From positions 1 to 13,866 of IMG/VR virus record IMGVR_UViG_2690316086_000003: a stretch of 13,866 nt of DNA; one strand, written 5' to 3'. Numbering within the stretch: the stretch's first letter is position 1; every line of letters begins with the position of its first letter. Shown piece after piece: positions 1 through 6,649 of this stretch. Source of the DNA: a virus. Its lineage: Duplodnaviria > Heunggongvirae > Uroviricota > Caudoviricetes. Position numbers and translations under genes: made by a program. The notes beneath the pieces were generated by a model, which saw nothing but the letters and a program-made list of their open reading frames with translations, was not told where the DNA came from and searched no databases.

Positions 1-539
1 TTACATTTATGCTTAACCCACCCGATGGCATGCAGCTTAAGCTCCGGATACATGGCGTTAACTTCTGGCATTTTCATCAACGCTTCAACGATATGTCCGT
101 CGAATGTTGCCATGTCTTCCTGCAACAATTCCTGTGCGCTAATCACCATATCAACGGTGATGTTTTCACATGTGTCGAACTTAACCATGACAGCGTTCTG
201 TACTTCAGGGGCCAGCTTGTCAAAAGTGACGTTCATCGGATCGGATTCAGTCTCAACCGGGACAAAAGAAGCAGACTCCTCATCCCAGCGGTTTTCCTGC
301 ATATATTCAGCATCCCATGAATCGAGGGCAGGGCGGGGTATGCCAGGTTTATCCTCGCAGACAATAAATTTATAAGCGCAGTCCTGAGCAGCCGGATAAT
401 GTTCCAGGAACTGCCAGTGAAATTTTGCTCGAGCACGGCGTTCGTCGCCAGCTTCAATGGCTGTGGCTACAGCCACAGCGCCTTCTTCCCTTGTTGCCAG
501 TTCGTCAGGAATAGCGGCGCAAATAAAGACTTTACTCAT
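1..539 (-). CDS. hypothetical acidic phage early-region protein; 3' end lies beyond the window start
   Basis: Hand translation of the minus strand from ATG (complement of 537-539) gives MSKVFICAAIPDELATREEGAVAVATAIEAGDERRARAKF... and runs to position 1 with no stop. GAGG lies about 9 nt upstream of the ATG. Absent from the ORF track because it has no in-window stop. The plus-strand ORFs 9..320 and 25..375 are antisense to it. Confidence 0.6.
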   Translation of the reverse strand, partial: MSKVFICAAIPDELATREEGAVAVATAIEAGDERRARAKFHWQFLEHYPAAQDCAYKFIVCEDKPGIPRPALDSWDAEYMQENRWDEESASFVPVETESDPMNVTFDKLAPEVQNAVMVKFDTCENITVDMVISAQELLQEDMATFDGHIVEALMKMPEVNAMYPELKLHAIGWVKHKC

Positions 540-634
540 TTTGTTTTAACCTCATGACAGATTTAAGGATGAATAAATCCCTGCCATTGCTGGCATTTTT
601 AATCCGTTGGTATGGCGTTAATATGGCTGGAGGT

Positions 635-823
635 TTATCCAGCCGGCGTTTCGTTATTCAGGTACAGCAATACTTTTTTTAACGGGAGGCATTCACCGGG
701 GATTTTTTGTTCGTCCCTTACCTGAATGCAGGATGACTTACTGTCATAAATTCCGGTAATCACATTTTGTGGCTCACCCGTTATAAGAAAAACGGTCATC
801 ACCAGTGCAAACGCTGAAGTCAC
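635..823 (-). CDS. small hypothetical membrane protein (62 aa), translationally coupled to the upstream gene
   Basis: GTG start overlaps the upstream stop (GTGA). The N-terminal segment SAFALVMTVFLITG is hydrophobic, consistent with one transmembrane helix or signal anchor. No homology recognised. Confidence 0.35.
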   Translation of the reverse strand: MTSAFALVMTVFLITGEPQNVITGIYDSKSSCIQVRDEQKIPGECLPLKKVLLYLNNETPAG

Positions 824-1008
824 TGCTGTTCTCCGATAATACCAAGTTCAAGAAGGGCAATTCTGGAAAGTATGGAATTATCATTGAGAAGATAAGGTTC
901 ATATTTTCTCATCTTAATGGCATCTTCAGTAAACTCCCGGTTACTGAGCAGAACACCAATATCAAAACAACCTTCAGACGTATTAACGTTTGGTAATAAC
1001 GTTTCCAT
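820..1008 (-). CDS. small hypothetical protein (62 aa), first of two coupled small genes
   Basis: ATG at 1008-1006 (minus) is preceded by GAGGA with a 7-nt spacer. Product METLLPNVNTSEGCFDIGVLLSNREFTEDAIKMRKYEPYLLNDNSILSRIALLELGIIGEQQ. The longer 97-aa version in the ORF track starts at a GTG with no RBS. The stop TGA overlaps the GTG of the next gene. Confidence 0.4.
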   Translation of the reverse strand: METLLPNVNTSEGCFDIGVLLSNREFTEDAIKMRKYEPYLLNDNSILSRIALLELGIIGEQQ

Positions 1009-1575
1009 TATCGCGTCCTCAACAATGAATTTTGTGATGCAGTGCCTGGTGCCTCCAGGTGACGTTAACCAGTTAACAATTAACGCCGGATACAGAGAAT
1101 CCACCCATAACACTGTTTTTGGTTTTAACTGTTCCGCGTGCGCATAGCCGCATTCACCGCATCACAAAATTCACTTTAAAAAGGGCGGCAGAGCAGCCAC
1201 GGAGTAAAACTGATACCGCCAAACGTCACCAGAAAATTGATAACAGAGGGCGTTGCAGCGGGGTTGTCACTTAAGCGTATGGTCAACCTGACAACCCGGT
1301 GTCCTCAACGGGGAAGAAATAACCCCGCCATACTTACCGCCGCGCCATTTCGCGGAGTGCCACAACCGGAAGCGCACGGTCGACGAAAATTTAACGACAG
1401 GCTATCTATGAACCAGCAACCTCGCCGTGCGCTTTCGCGTTATGCTCTGACTTTTCAGAGAAATATCCTTTCAGTAAACTGTCAGTGCCGGATGTTCACC
1501 CGTGTCCGGCGCACGCACTCCACTTTACCCGTGGAGAACTCCTTAATTACCAACCTTAGCTTCGTTGGTTAGCTA

Positions 1576-1794
1576 TTAACGCGGGTATGTAATCATGCTG
1601 GCAATGCTTAATGCCGCTGCTTTTTCCAGATTGGTGATATCCTGCTCCAGAGCGGACAGATTTTCAGCCTGCTTAGCCCTGGCTTCATTGGCCCATTTCA
1701 GATCCTGCGCTGCATTAATTTTCTGGTGCATCCACTCATAAAGTTCATCATCGGTATAGTCTGGCGCGATGATGACGGGTTCTCGTTTCTGCAT
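1576..1794 (-). CDS. small hypothetical early-left operon protein (72 aa)
   Basis: ORF-track entry MQKREPVIIAPDYTDDELYEWMHQKINAAQDLKW...; ATG preceded by GAGGA with a 6-nt spacer. It lies in the same leftward operon as the two small genes upstream of it. Confidence 0.55.
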   Translation of the reverse strand: MQKREPVIIAPDYTDDELYEWMHQKINAAQDLKWANEARAKQAENLSALEQDITNLEKAAALSIASMITYPR

Positions 1795-1824
1795 ACTGAT
1801 TCCTCGCGGTGCTGTTTTCGCTTA

Positions 1825-1953
1825 TCAGCCGTTAGATTTTGCCGAGCTGGAAAGCGCCTGTTTAAATTCGCTGAAGCTGAGAGCTTCTTCGCCTTCGGCA
1901 AGGCCTTCGAAGTATTCTTCGTAAGCCTTTTCCATGATTGTGTCGAAATCCAT
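1825..1953 (-). CDS. small hypothetical protein (42 aa), Rac-type YdaF/YdaG-like position
   Basis: Hand translation gives MDFDTIMEKAYEEYFEGLAEGEEALSFSEFKQALSSSAKSNG. AGGTGG sits 5 nt upstream of the ATG, inside the 3' end of the preceding gene. Too short for the ORF track. Confidence 0.45.
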   Translation of the reverse strand: MDFDTIMEKAYEEYFEGLAEGEEALSFSEFKQALSSSAKSNG

Positions 1954-1954
1954 A

Positions 1955-2110
1955 TCACCCACCTGAATTTCTTTCCAGCCAGCGACGCGCTCCAGATTCG
2001 GTTTTAAACGTTTTGCTTTTGGTATACGTCATCGCGGTGAACGTACCGTCCTGGTTGGGGAACACGCCACATACCAGAGATTCGCTGTTGCCAAGATCGA
2101 TAGTATCCAT
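1955..2110 (-). CDS. small hypothetical protein (51 aa), Rac-type YdaF/YdaG-like position
   Basis: Internal ATG of track ORF 1955..2191 with GAGG 5 nt upstream. Product MDTIDLGNSESLVCGVFPNQDGTFTAMTYTKSKTFKTESGARRWLERNSGG. It is the first gene downstream of the leftward promoter next to the repressor gene. Confidence 0.5.
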   Translation of the reverse strand: MDTIDLGNSESLVCGVFPNQDGTFTAMTYTKSKTFKTESGARRWLERNSGG

Positions 2111-2291
2111 GCTGACCTCATTTCCCCTTAACGCCGGGGTAGCGGAACAAAAACCTGCTGCATAGTTATTAAAGTTGAACCCTGCCGTCATGTTCTTACG
2201 CCTCGGGCTGGCTACTTAACCCCTGACCACTGCCTGGTAACTCGAGGTATTGCCCTGTATTGTGTGGGACGGGATGGGTTGGTATGGGAAA

Positions 2292-2357
2292 ACTATAGGA
2301 AATGCCTAATTACTTGTCAATAGGCTATGCCTAATAATTTGGGCGCGACCTAATAGG
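2292..2357 (-). promoter_or_regulatory. pL-like leftward sigma70 promoter with repressor operator inverted repeats
   Basis: On the minus strand: -35 TTGACA (complement of 2315-2320), 17-nt spacer, -10 TATAGT (complement of 2292-2297). Inverted repeats TAGGA-aat-GCCTA (2296-2308), TAGGC-tat-GCCTA (2321-2333) and ACCTA-a-TAGGT (2347-2357) overlap or flank the promoter. Confidence 0.5.
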
Positions 2358-2428
2358 TGATGGTTTGTGGGAGAGGTAGTAGGAGTTAACTAACGGGAAC
2401 TAGGAATTTCCCGTCGGACCATATAAGT

Positions 2429-2905
2429 TTAAGTTCCTGTCTTGGTGATGTTCTGGCTTTTCCGTTTTGATTCTTGATTTTTCAGATAGTTAGCTACCTT
2501 CATTTCCATTGCGGCAATGTAGGCGCGAACGTCATGATCAACCCAACTAGGCTCCGTAGCATTTCCAGATAAGAGGAAAGCCACAATTGCTCTTTTTTCA
2601 TCAGAGGCGGCTTGATAAAGGCTGTTTATGTCTAAAAGTTCACTTTTTGTATCTGAAGTGGATGGGGTTGGTATGGGGTATTCGTTAAGCCCCCAATGCT
2701 CTGGACCAACCACATCAGAAAAGAAACGCCATAGTTCTGGAAGTTTGTCTTTACTTATCGAACCTTTCTTAATCCAGTCATGGATTGATGGTGGTTGGAC
2801 TTTGAAATGACGTGCGATTTCCGCCTTTGATTTGACGGCTCCTGATGCAATTTTTTTGTTAATGGCCTGCTCTATCGCTCGGCCTAAGTCTTTACCACTA
2901 AGCAT
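2429..2905 (-). CDS. racR: prophage repressor, RacR-like (CI-type HTH repressor)
   Basis: 158-aa ORF MLSGKDLGRAIEQAINKKIASGAVKSKAEIARHFKVQPPSIHDWIKKG... with an HTH near residues 24-47. AGGAGA RBS upstream. Divergent from a Cro-like gene. Length and sequence match my memory of Rac prophage RacR. Confidence 0.85.
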   Translation of the reverse strand: MLSGKDLGRAIEQAINKKIASGAVKSKAEIARHFKVQPPSIHDWIKKGSISKDKLPELWRFFSDVVGPEHWGLNEYPIPTPSTSDTKSELLDINSLYQAASDEKRAIVAFLLSGNATEPSWVDHDVRAYIAAMEMKVANYLKNQESKRKSQNITKTGT

Positions 2906-2958
2906 TGCTTAATAGTCTCCTATGCGCATCGCGTTAGGCAATCCCTACTCTCGATGTG

Positions 2959-3002
2959 TTAGGCATAGCCTATTGACAATTGTATTAGGCTAAGCCTAAT
3001 AT
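2959..3002 (+). promoter_or_regulatory. pR-like rightward sigma70 promoter with repressor operator inverted repeats
   Basis: -35 TTGACA (2973-2978), 18-nt spacer, -10 TAATAT (2997-3002). Operator inverted repeats TAGGC-ata-GCCTA (2960-2972) and ATTAGGCT-a-AGCCTAAT (2984-3000). The block 2959-2979 is the exact reverse complement of 2314-2334. Confidence 0.55.
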
Positions 3003-3029
3003 TGTTGCGTGTTTTTTGGAGTTCATTCG

Positions 3030-3353
3030 ATGAAAAAAGATAACTATTCATTCAAACGAGCTTGTGCTGTTGTCGGTGGGCAATCAGCAATGGCTAGGCT
3101 TTTAGGTGTATCTCCTCCAAGCGTAAATCAATGGATCAAAGGTGTACGTCAGTTGCCTGCTGAGAGATGTCCTGCGATTGAACGAGCAACAAAAGGTGGT
3201 GTCCTGTGTGAAGAACTTCGTCCTGATGTTGATTGGACATACTTACGACGCTCGTCATGTTATTCGCAGAATATGTCGATGAAGCAACCAAATGACGAAA
3301 ACGATCATACCCGAAGCATCAAGAGGCAAATGATTCATGAAAATCAAACATGA
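3030..3353 (+). CDS. ydaS: Cro-like HTH regulator, YdaS-like
   Basis: ATG at 3030 with GGAG 8 nt upstream; the track ORF begins at an upstream GTG. HTH segment GGQSAMARLLGVSPPSVNQWIKG. Divergent from the repressor gene, in the Rac-type order racR-ydaS-ydaT. Confidence 0.7.
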   Translation: MKKDNYSFKRACAVVGGQSAMARLLGVSPPSVNQWIKGVRQLPAERCPAIERATKGGVLCEELRPDVDWTYLRRSSCYSQNMSMKQPNDENDHTRSIKRQMIHENQT

Positions 3354-3762
3354 GCACATCCGCATGGCGATGAATGCCTGGGCATACCCTGATGGTGAGA
3401 AAGTTCCTGCAGCTGAAATAGCCCGGACTTATTTCGAACTGGGGATGACGTTCCCTGAACTGTACGACGACAGCCATCCGGAAGCCCTGGCCCGTAATAC
3501 ACAGAAAATTTTCCGTTGGCTGGATAAAGACACCCCTGATGCTGTTGAAAAAATTCAGGCTCTGTTACCGGCGATCGAAAAGGCAATGCCGCCTCTGCTG
3601 GTGGCCCGTATGCGCAGTCACAGCTCTGAGTATTACCGGGAGATTGTCGAACGGCGGGATCGGCTGGTGAAGGATGTCGACGATTTTGTTGCGTCAGCGG
3701 TTGTTTTGTATGACCAGATGAATCGCGGCGGCCCGGCAGGGAATGCTGTGGTGATGCACTAA
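3337..3762 (+). CDS. ydaT: YdaT-like protein (partner of YdaS in Rac-type prophages)
   Basis: ORF of about 140 aa, MKIKHEHIRMAMNAWAYPDGEKVPAAEIARTYFELGMTF..., overlapping the 3' end of the ydaS-like gene by 17 nt. Length and position match YdaT as I recall it. Confidence 0.7.
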   Translation: MKIKHEHIRMAMNAWAYPDGEKVPAAEIARTYFELGMTFPELYDDSHPEALARNTQKIFRWLDKDTPDAVEKIQALLPAIEKAMPPLLVARMRSHSSEYYREIVERRDRLVKDVDDFVASAVVLYDQMNRGGPAGNAVVMH

Positions 3763-3784
3763 AAGCACGGTGTTCGGGGGTTTT

Positions 3785-4747
3785 ATGAGCAGCAAGCTTC
3801 ATGGTCTTGTCTGGGAAGGGTGCGCCTTCACCGGCATGATCTTATCCAGGGTGGCGGTTATGGCCCGTCTTGCAGACTACAGCAATGACGAGGGTGTGTC
3901 ATGGCCTGCCATTGAAACTATCCGGCGTCAGATCGGTGCAAGAAGTGAATCCACAGTGAAATCGGCTATTGCAGAACTGGCGAAAGAGGGCTGGCTGACG
4001 AAGGAAGAGCGTAAGGTCGGTGGGCGTAATGTAAGCAATATCTATCGGCTTAATGTGGAAAAACTCGAAGCAGCAGCTGCGGCGGCGCGTGAGTCATATA
4101 AACCGAAAAGAAAAATTAGCCCGGCAAAAAATGACCAGTTAACAGTTGACCCGTCAAATATTGCCCCCTCAACGGTTGACCCGTCAAATTTTGATGGATC
4201 AACTGTTGATAAAAAACTGCCGATTAGGGGGGCGATGATTGACCCCGATCCGTCAGTATTAAAACCTGATCCGTCAGATAAAAGATCTTCTTGTCCGGAC
4301 GCTTCGCAACCGGACCCGCAGACGGCTGAACAGGATTTTTTAACCCGACACCCTGACGCGGTTGTGTTCAGTGCGAAAAAACGCCAGTGGGGAAGTCAGG
4401 AAGATTTGGTGTGCGCACAGTGGATCTGGGGACGAATCGTGAGTCTTTACGAGCAGGCGGCCAGCTATGATGGCGAGATCACTAGACCGAAAGAACCCAA
4501 CTGGACAGCATGGGCCAATGACGTTCGCACAATGCGGATGCTGGATGGCAGAACTCACAGACAAATTTGTGAAATGTTTGGGCGTCTCCAGCGGGATTCG
4601 TTCTGGGTAAAAAACATCATGAGTCCGGCAAAACTCCGGGAAAAATGGGATGAACTGGTTATCCGCCTGGGGCGTTCGCCTGCGCAGCGTTGCGTGAATC
4701 ACATTTCTGAACCGGACACTGAAATTCCGCCGGGCTTCAGGGGGTAA
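3785..4747 (+). CDS. phage replication initiator, lambda O-like / YdaU-like (N-terminal HTH domain, low-complexity linker, C-terminal domain)
   Basis: ATG at 3785 preceded by a GGGGG run; the track ORF starts at an upstream GTG at 3770. The N-terminal region (...SRVAVMARLADYSNDEGVSWPAIETIRRQIGARSESTVKSAIAELAKEGWLTKE...) looks like a replication-protein HTH. The central linker is encoded by the direct DNA repeats listed below. The position after the cro-like genes matches the replication module. Confidence 0.7.
   Translation: MSSKLHGLVWEGCAFTGMILSRVAVMARLADYSNDEGVSWPAIETIRRQIGARSESTVKSAIAELAKEGWLTKEERKVGGRNVSNIYRLNVEKLEAAAAAARESYKPKRKISPAKNDQLTVDPSNIAPSTVDPSNFDGSTVDKKLPIRGAMIDPDPSVLKPDPSDKRSSCPDASQPDPQTAEQDFLTRHPDAVVFSAKKRQWGSQEDLVCAQWIWGRIVSLYEQAASYDGEITRPKEPNWTAWANDVRTMRMLDGRTHRQICEMFGRLQRDSFWVKNIMSPAKLREKWDELVIRLGRSPAQRCVNHISEPDTEIPPGFRG
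4138..4277. repeat. iteron-like repeat cluster inside the replication-initiator gene (putative ori)
   Basis: Exact 15-bp direct repeat GTTGACCCGTCAAAT at 4145-4159 and 4175-4189, each containing the palindrome TTGAC-cc-GTCAA. Related palindrome TCAAC-t-GTTGA at 4199-4209. GATCCGTCAG repeated at 4247-4256 and 4268-4277. GTTAAC at 4138-4143. Confidence 0.45.
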
Positions 4748-4787
4748 GTGTTAATTTCTGGTCATGAGGTAACTTTCAGGAGGGCTT

Positions 4788-5210
4788 GTGGCAAAAGTTT
4801 TTACACAAGAAGAGCGGGAAAAAATTAAAGGGCAGGTTGTTGAACTCGTACGCCAGAGTGGGCGCGAGACGTTACGACAACTGGAAACTAAAACTGGGGC
4901 AACAAGATATCTGATGAGCGTTCTGGCCAGAGAGCTGGTTGCCAGTGGCGATGTATACAATTCTGGCTACGGGTTATTCCCGTCTGAACAGGCTCGTAAA
5001 GACTGGCAAAATGCCCGCAAAAAACTCTCAAGGGCAAAGCTGAAGAAACCATCTGCGGTTGATCCGGACCTTATCTGGTCATTACCAGATGGCGAAATAC
5101 GCCGCTACGACAGGCGTCTGAACATAATCTGTCTCGAGTGCCGGAAGAGCGAAGTTATGCAGCGCGTACTGGCGTTTTATCAGGGGAATTTTGAGGAGGT
5201 GGTGCGGTGA
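4788..5210 (+). CDS. hypothetical protein (140 aa), replication-module position
   Basis: GTG start with AGGAGG 5 nt upstream. Product MAKVFTQEEREKIKGQVVELVRQSGRETLRQLETKTGATRYL.... Stop overlaps the next start (GTGA). Confidence 0.6.
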   Translation: MAKVFTQEEREKIKGQVVELVRQSGRETLRQLETKTGATRYLMSVLARELVASGDVYNSGYGLFPSEQARKDWQNARKKLSRAKLKKPSAVDPDLIWSLPDGEIRRYDRRLNIICLECRKSEVMQRVLAFYQGNFEEVVR

Positions 5211-5461
5211 GTGAATCAAAATGCCAGGTTAATGGCAACAAGATAGAACCATGTGCAGCACTGGCAAAGTCCCTTGAGCATGATGCTGAATACACGATGC
5301 GAAAAGGTCTGCTGATATACAAAATCTGGAATGAGAGTTTAACTCGCGGTCCTGATTTTGTGATGTTGCGTTCCGGTGAATTTTCTAAATTACCAGTTCG
5401 GGTTTCATTTTGTCCGTTCTGTGGTGAAAGTCTGAAAACGTGGGAGAACAGAAATGAATGA
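5207..5461 (+). CDS. hypothetical small protein (84 aa) with Cys pairs C6/C16 and C69-P-F-C72 (possible zinc ribbon)
   Basis: GTG start overlaps the upstream stop, with GAGGAGG 7 nt upstream. The four Cys are arranged C-x9-C ... C-x2-C. Its 3' end overlaps the next start (ATGAATGA). Confidence 0.55.
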   Translation: MSESKCQVNGNKIEPCAALAKSLEHDAEYTMRKGLLIYKIWNESLTRGPDFVMLRSGEFSKLPVRVSFCPFCGESLKTWENRNE

Positions 5462-5765
5462 AATTAAAGAAATACCAGTAGTACGTGATGAATATGGCTG
5501 CTGGACGCATCCTGAATATGAAAAATTCTGTGACGGTCGGGAATATATTTCAACGGAAGAGTTTAACGCCTGGATGGAGGAAAATAATCTTCAATACGTC
5601 CTCTGCTTCAGAGATGAAGGATGTGCTGACCTTGATGCGTGTGATGCTGATATTTCTGCATGGGAACCGGAACGACCAGAGGGCAATGGATGGTTTATTG
5701 GTTCAATACATGACACCGAAGATGGCCCGGTTTGTGTATGGCTGAGAAATAAGGCCGAAGCATAA
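5454..5765 (+). CDS. hypothetical Cys-rich acidic protein (103 aa)
   Basis: ATG overlaps the preceding stop. Product MNEIKEIPVVRDEYGCWTHPEYEKFCDGREYISTEEF.... It is the last gene before the AT-rich island. Confidence 0.6.
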   Translation: MNEIKEIPVVRDEYGCWTHPEYEKFCDGREYISTEEFNAWMEENNLQYVLCFRDEGCADLDACDADISAWEPERPEGNGWFIGSIHDTEDGPVCVWLRNKAEA

Positions 5766-6070
5766 AGGCTATAAACCGACTAACAACTAAATACTGAAGA
5801 TTTAAATCAGAAACGATTTTTATTAAATCCTTAACCGGAGGGATTCTGCACCCTCAGAACATCAGGAGGCCGTCTGAAAGGGCGGAACAGATAATGCTTA
5901 CGTTGAAACATTTTATCGACATACCAACATGGTTAGCCGTCATTGCTTTTGTTAAAATACACATCCACTTTTCTGTGCAATGTTTAACCACTGGTCATAT
6001 CAAATGGCATTCATGCGAACCATGATATAGAATCATGGCTTGAGAGAGTCGATGAAAGCGCAACTATGGT

Positions 6071-6649
6071 ATGAGAGACATTGATGTAAGAAAGGCTGTG
6101 CATGCCAAGATTCTGAGAGATCATCATAAAGATCCTGACACCCTAATCATTGATGAGTTTACGATGAATCTAGGGGCTAGCAGAGCTGATATAGCAGTGA
6201 TCAATGGGCTTATACATGGTTATGAGTTGAAGAGCAAGAGTGATAACTTGCTCAGATTACCAGCGCAGGTGCAACATTACTCATCAGTGATGGATAAAGT
6301 AACTTTGGTTGTCTCTGATTGCCATCTTTATGATGCTTTAAGCATAGTTCCATCATGGTGGGGGATAAAGCAAGTTACGCAAGGTGCACGGCAAGGTATC
6401 CATTTAAAAACAATTCGAACTAGCAAGTTGAATCCACAAGTGGACAAACTTTCCTTAACAATGCTTCTTTGGAAAGATGAATTGCTTTCCCTATTAAGTG
6501 ATGTAGGGGAGCTACAGAATTTGAAAAATAAACCTAAACGCGTCTTATGGTCAAAACTCGCCAATAGTATGGATGTTGGCGAGCTTCGTGAAGCTGTTCG
6601 AGTTAAACTTAAAGCCCGTAAAGAGTGGCGAGTTGCTCAACAACCTTAG
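6071..6649 (+). CDS. hypothetical protein with PD-(D/E)xK-like nuclease motif; recalled as 'sce7726-family-like'
   Basis: 192-aa ORF with AT-rich codon usage. Motif arrangement E29 (IIDEF), D40 (RADIAVI), E52-L-K54 (GYELKSK), which is the classic order for the restriction-endonuclease-like fold. Family assignment is from memory only. Confidence 0.7.
   Translation: MRDIDVRKAVHAKILRDHHKDPDTLIIDEFTMNLGASRADIAVINGLIHGYELKSKSDNLLRLPAQVQHYSSVMDKVTLVVSDCHLYDALSIVPSWWGIKQVTQGARQGIHLKTIRTSKLNPQVDKLSLTMLLWKDELLSLLSDVGELQNLKNKPKRVLWSKLANSMDVGELREAVRVKLKARKEWRVAQQP

Noticed and set aside
9-457. Track ORFs 9..320 (+), 25..375 (+) and 233..457 (-)
   Set aside because: They overlap the much longer, RBS-preceded minus-strand ORF that runs from 539 to the window edge in another frame. 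The plus-strand products are low-complexity and likely antisense artefacts.
570-600. Plus-strand hairpin TGCCA-ttgc-TGGCA followed by TTTTTA, resembling a terminator
   Set aside because: No plus-strand gene lies upstream for it to terminate. It sits in the short intergenic space between two minus-strand genes, so it is more likely an incidental or regulatory stem.
805-1147. Track ORFs 805..996 (+), 917..1147 (+) and the 97-aa version of 820..1113 (-)
   Set aside because: The plus ORFs are antisense to the two coupled small genes and lack an RBS. The long minus version starts at a GTG with no RBS, whereas the internal ATG at 1008 has a GAGGA RBS.
1237-1572. Track ORF 1237..1572 (+), 111 aa
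   Set aside because: Arg/Pro-rich product typical of a GC-rich out-of-frame read, no RBS, and opposite to the operon direction. Kept only as part of the possible-remnant finding.
1698-2191. Track ORFs 1698..1958 (-), 1726..2007 (+), 1938..2165 (+) and the long form of 1955..2191 (-)
   Set aside because: These are alternative-frame or antisense reads over the two small RBS-preceded genes (1825..1953 and 1955..2110). The long form of 1955..2191 starts at an ATG with no RBS.
2628-2810. Track ORF 2628..2810 (+)
   Set aside because: Antisense inside the RacR-like gene.
3344-3802. Track ORF 3344..3802 (-), 152 aa
   Set aside because: Antisense to the ydaT-like gene; Pro/Ser/Arg-rich product, no RBS.
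4340-4960. Track ORFs 4340..4702 (-) and 4751..4960 (-)
   Set aside because: Antisense to the initiator gene and to the 140-aa gene; no RBS.
5485-5745. Track ORF 5485..5745 (+)
   Set aside because: Alternative frame inside the better-supported, translationally coupled 5454..5765 gene.
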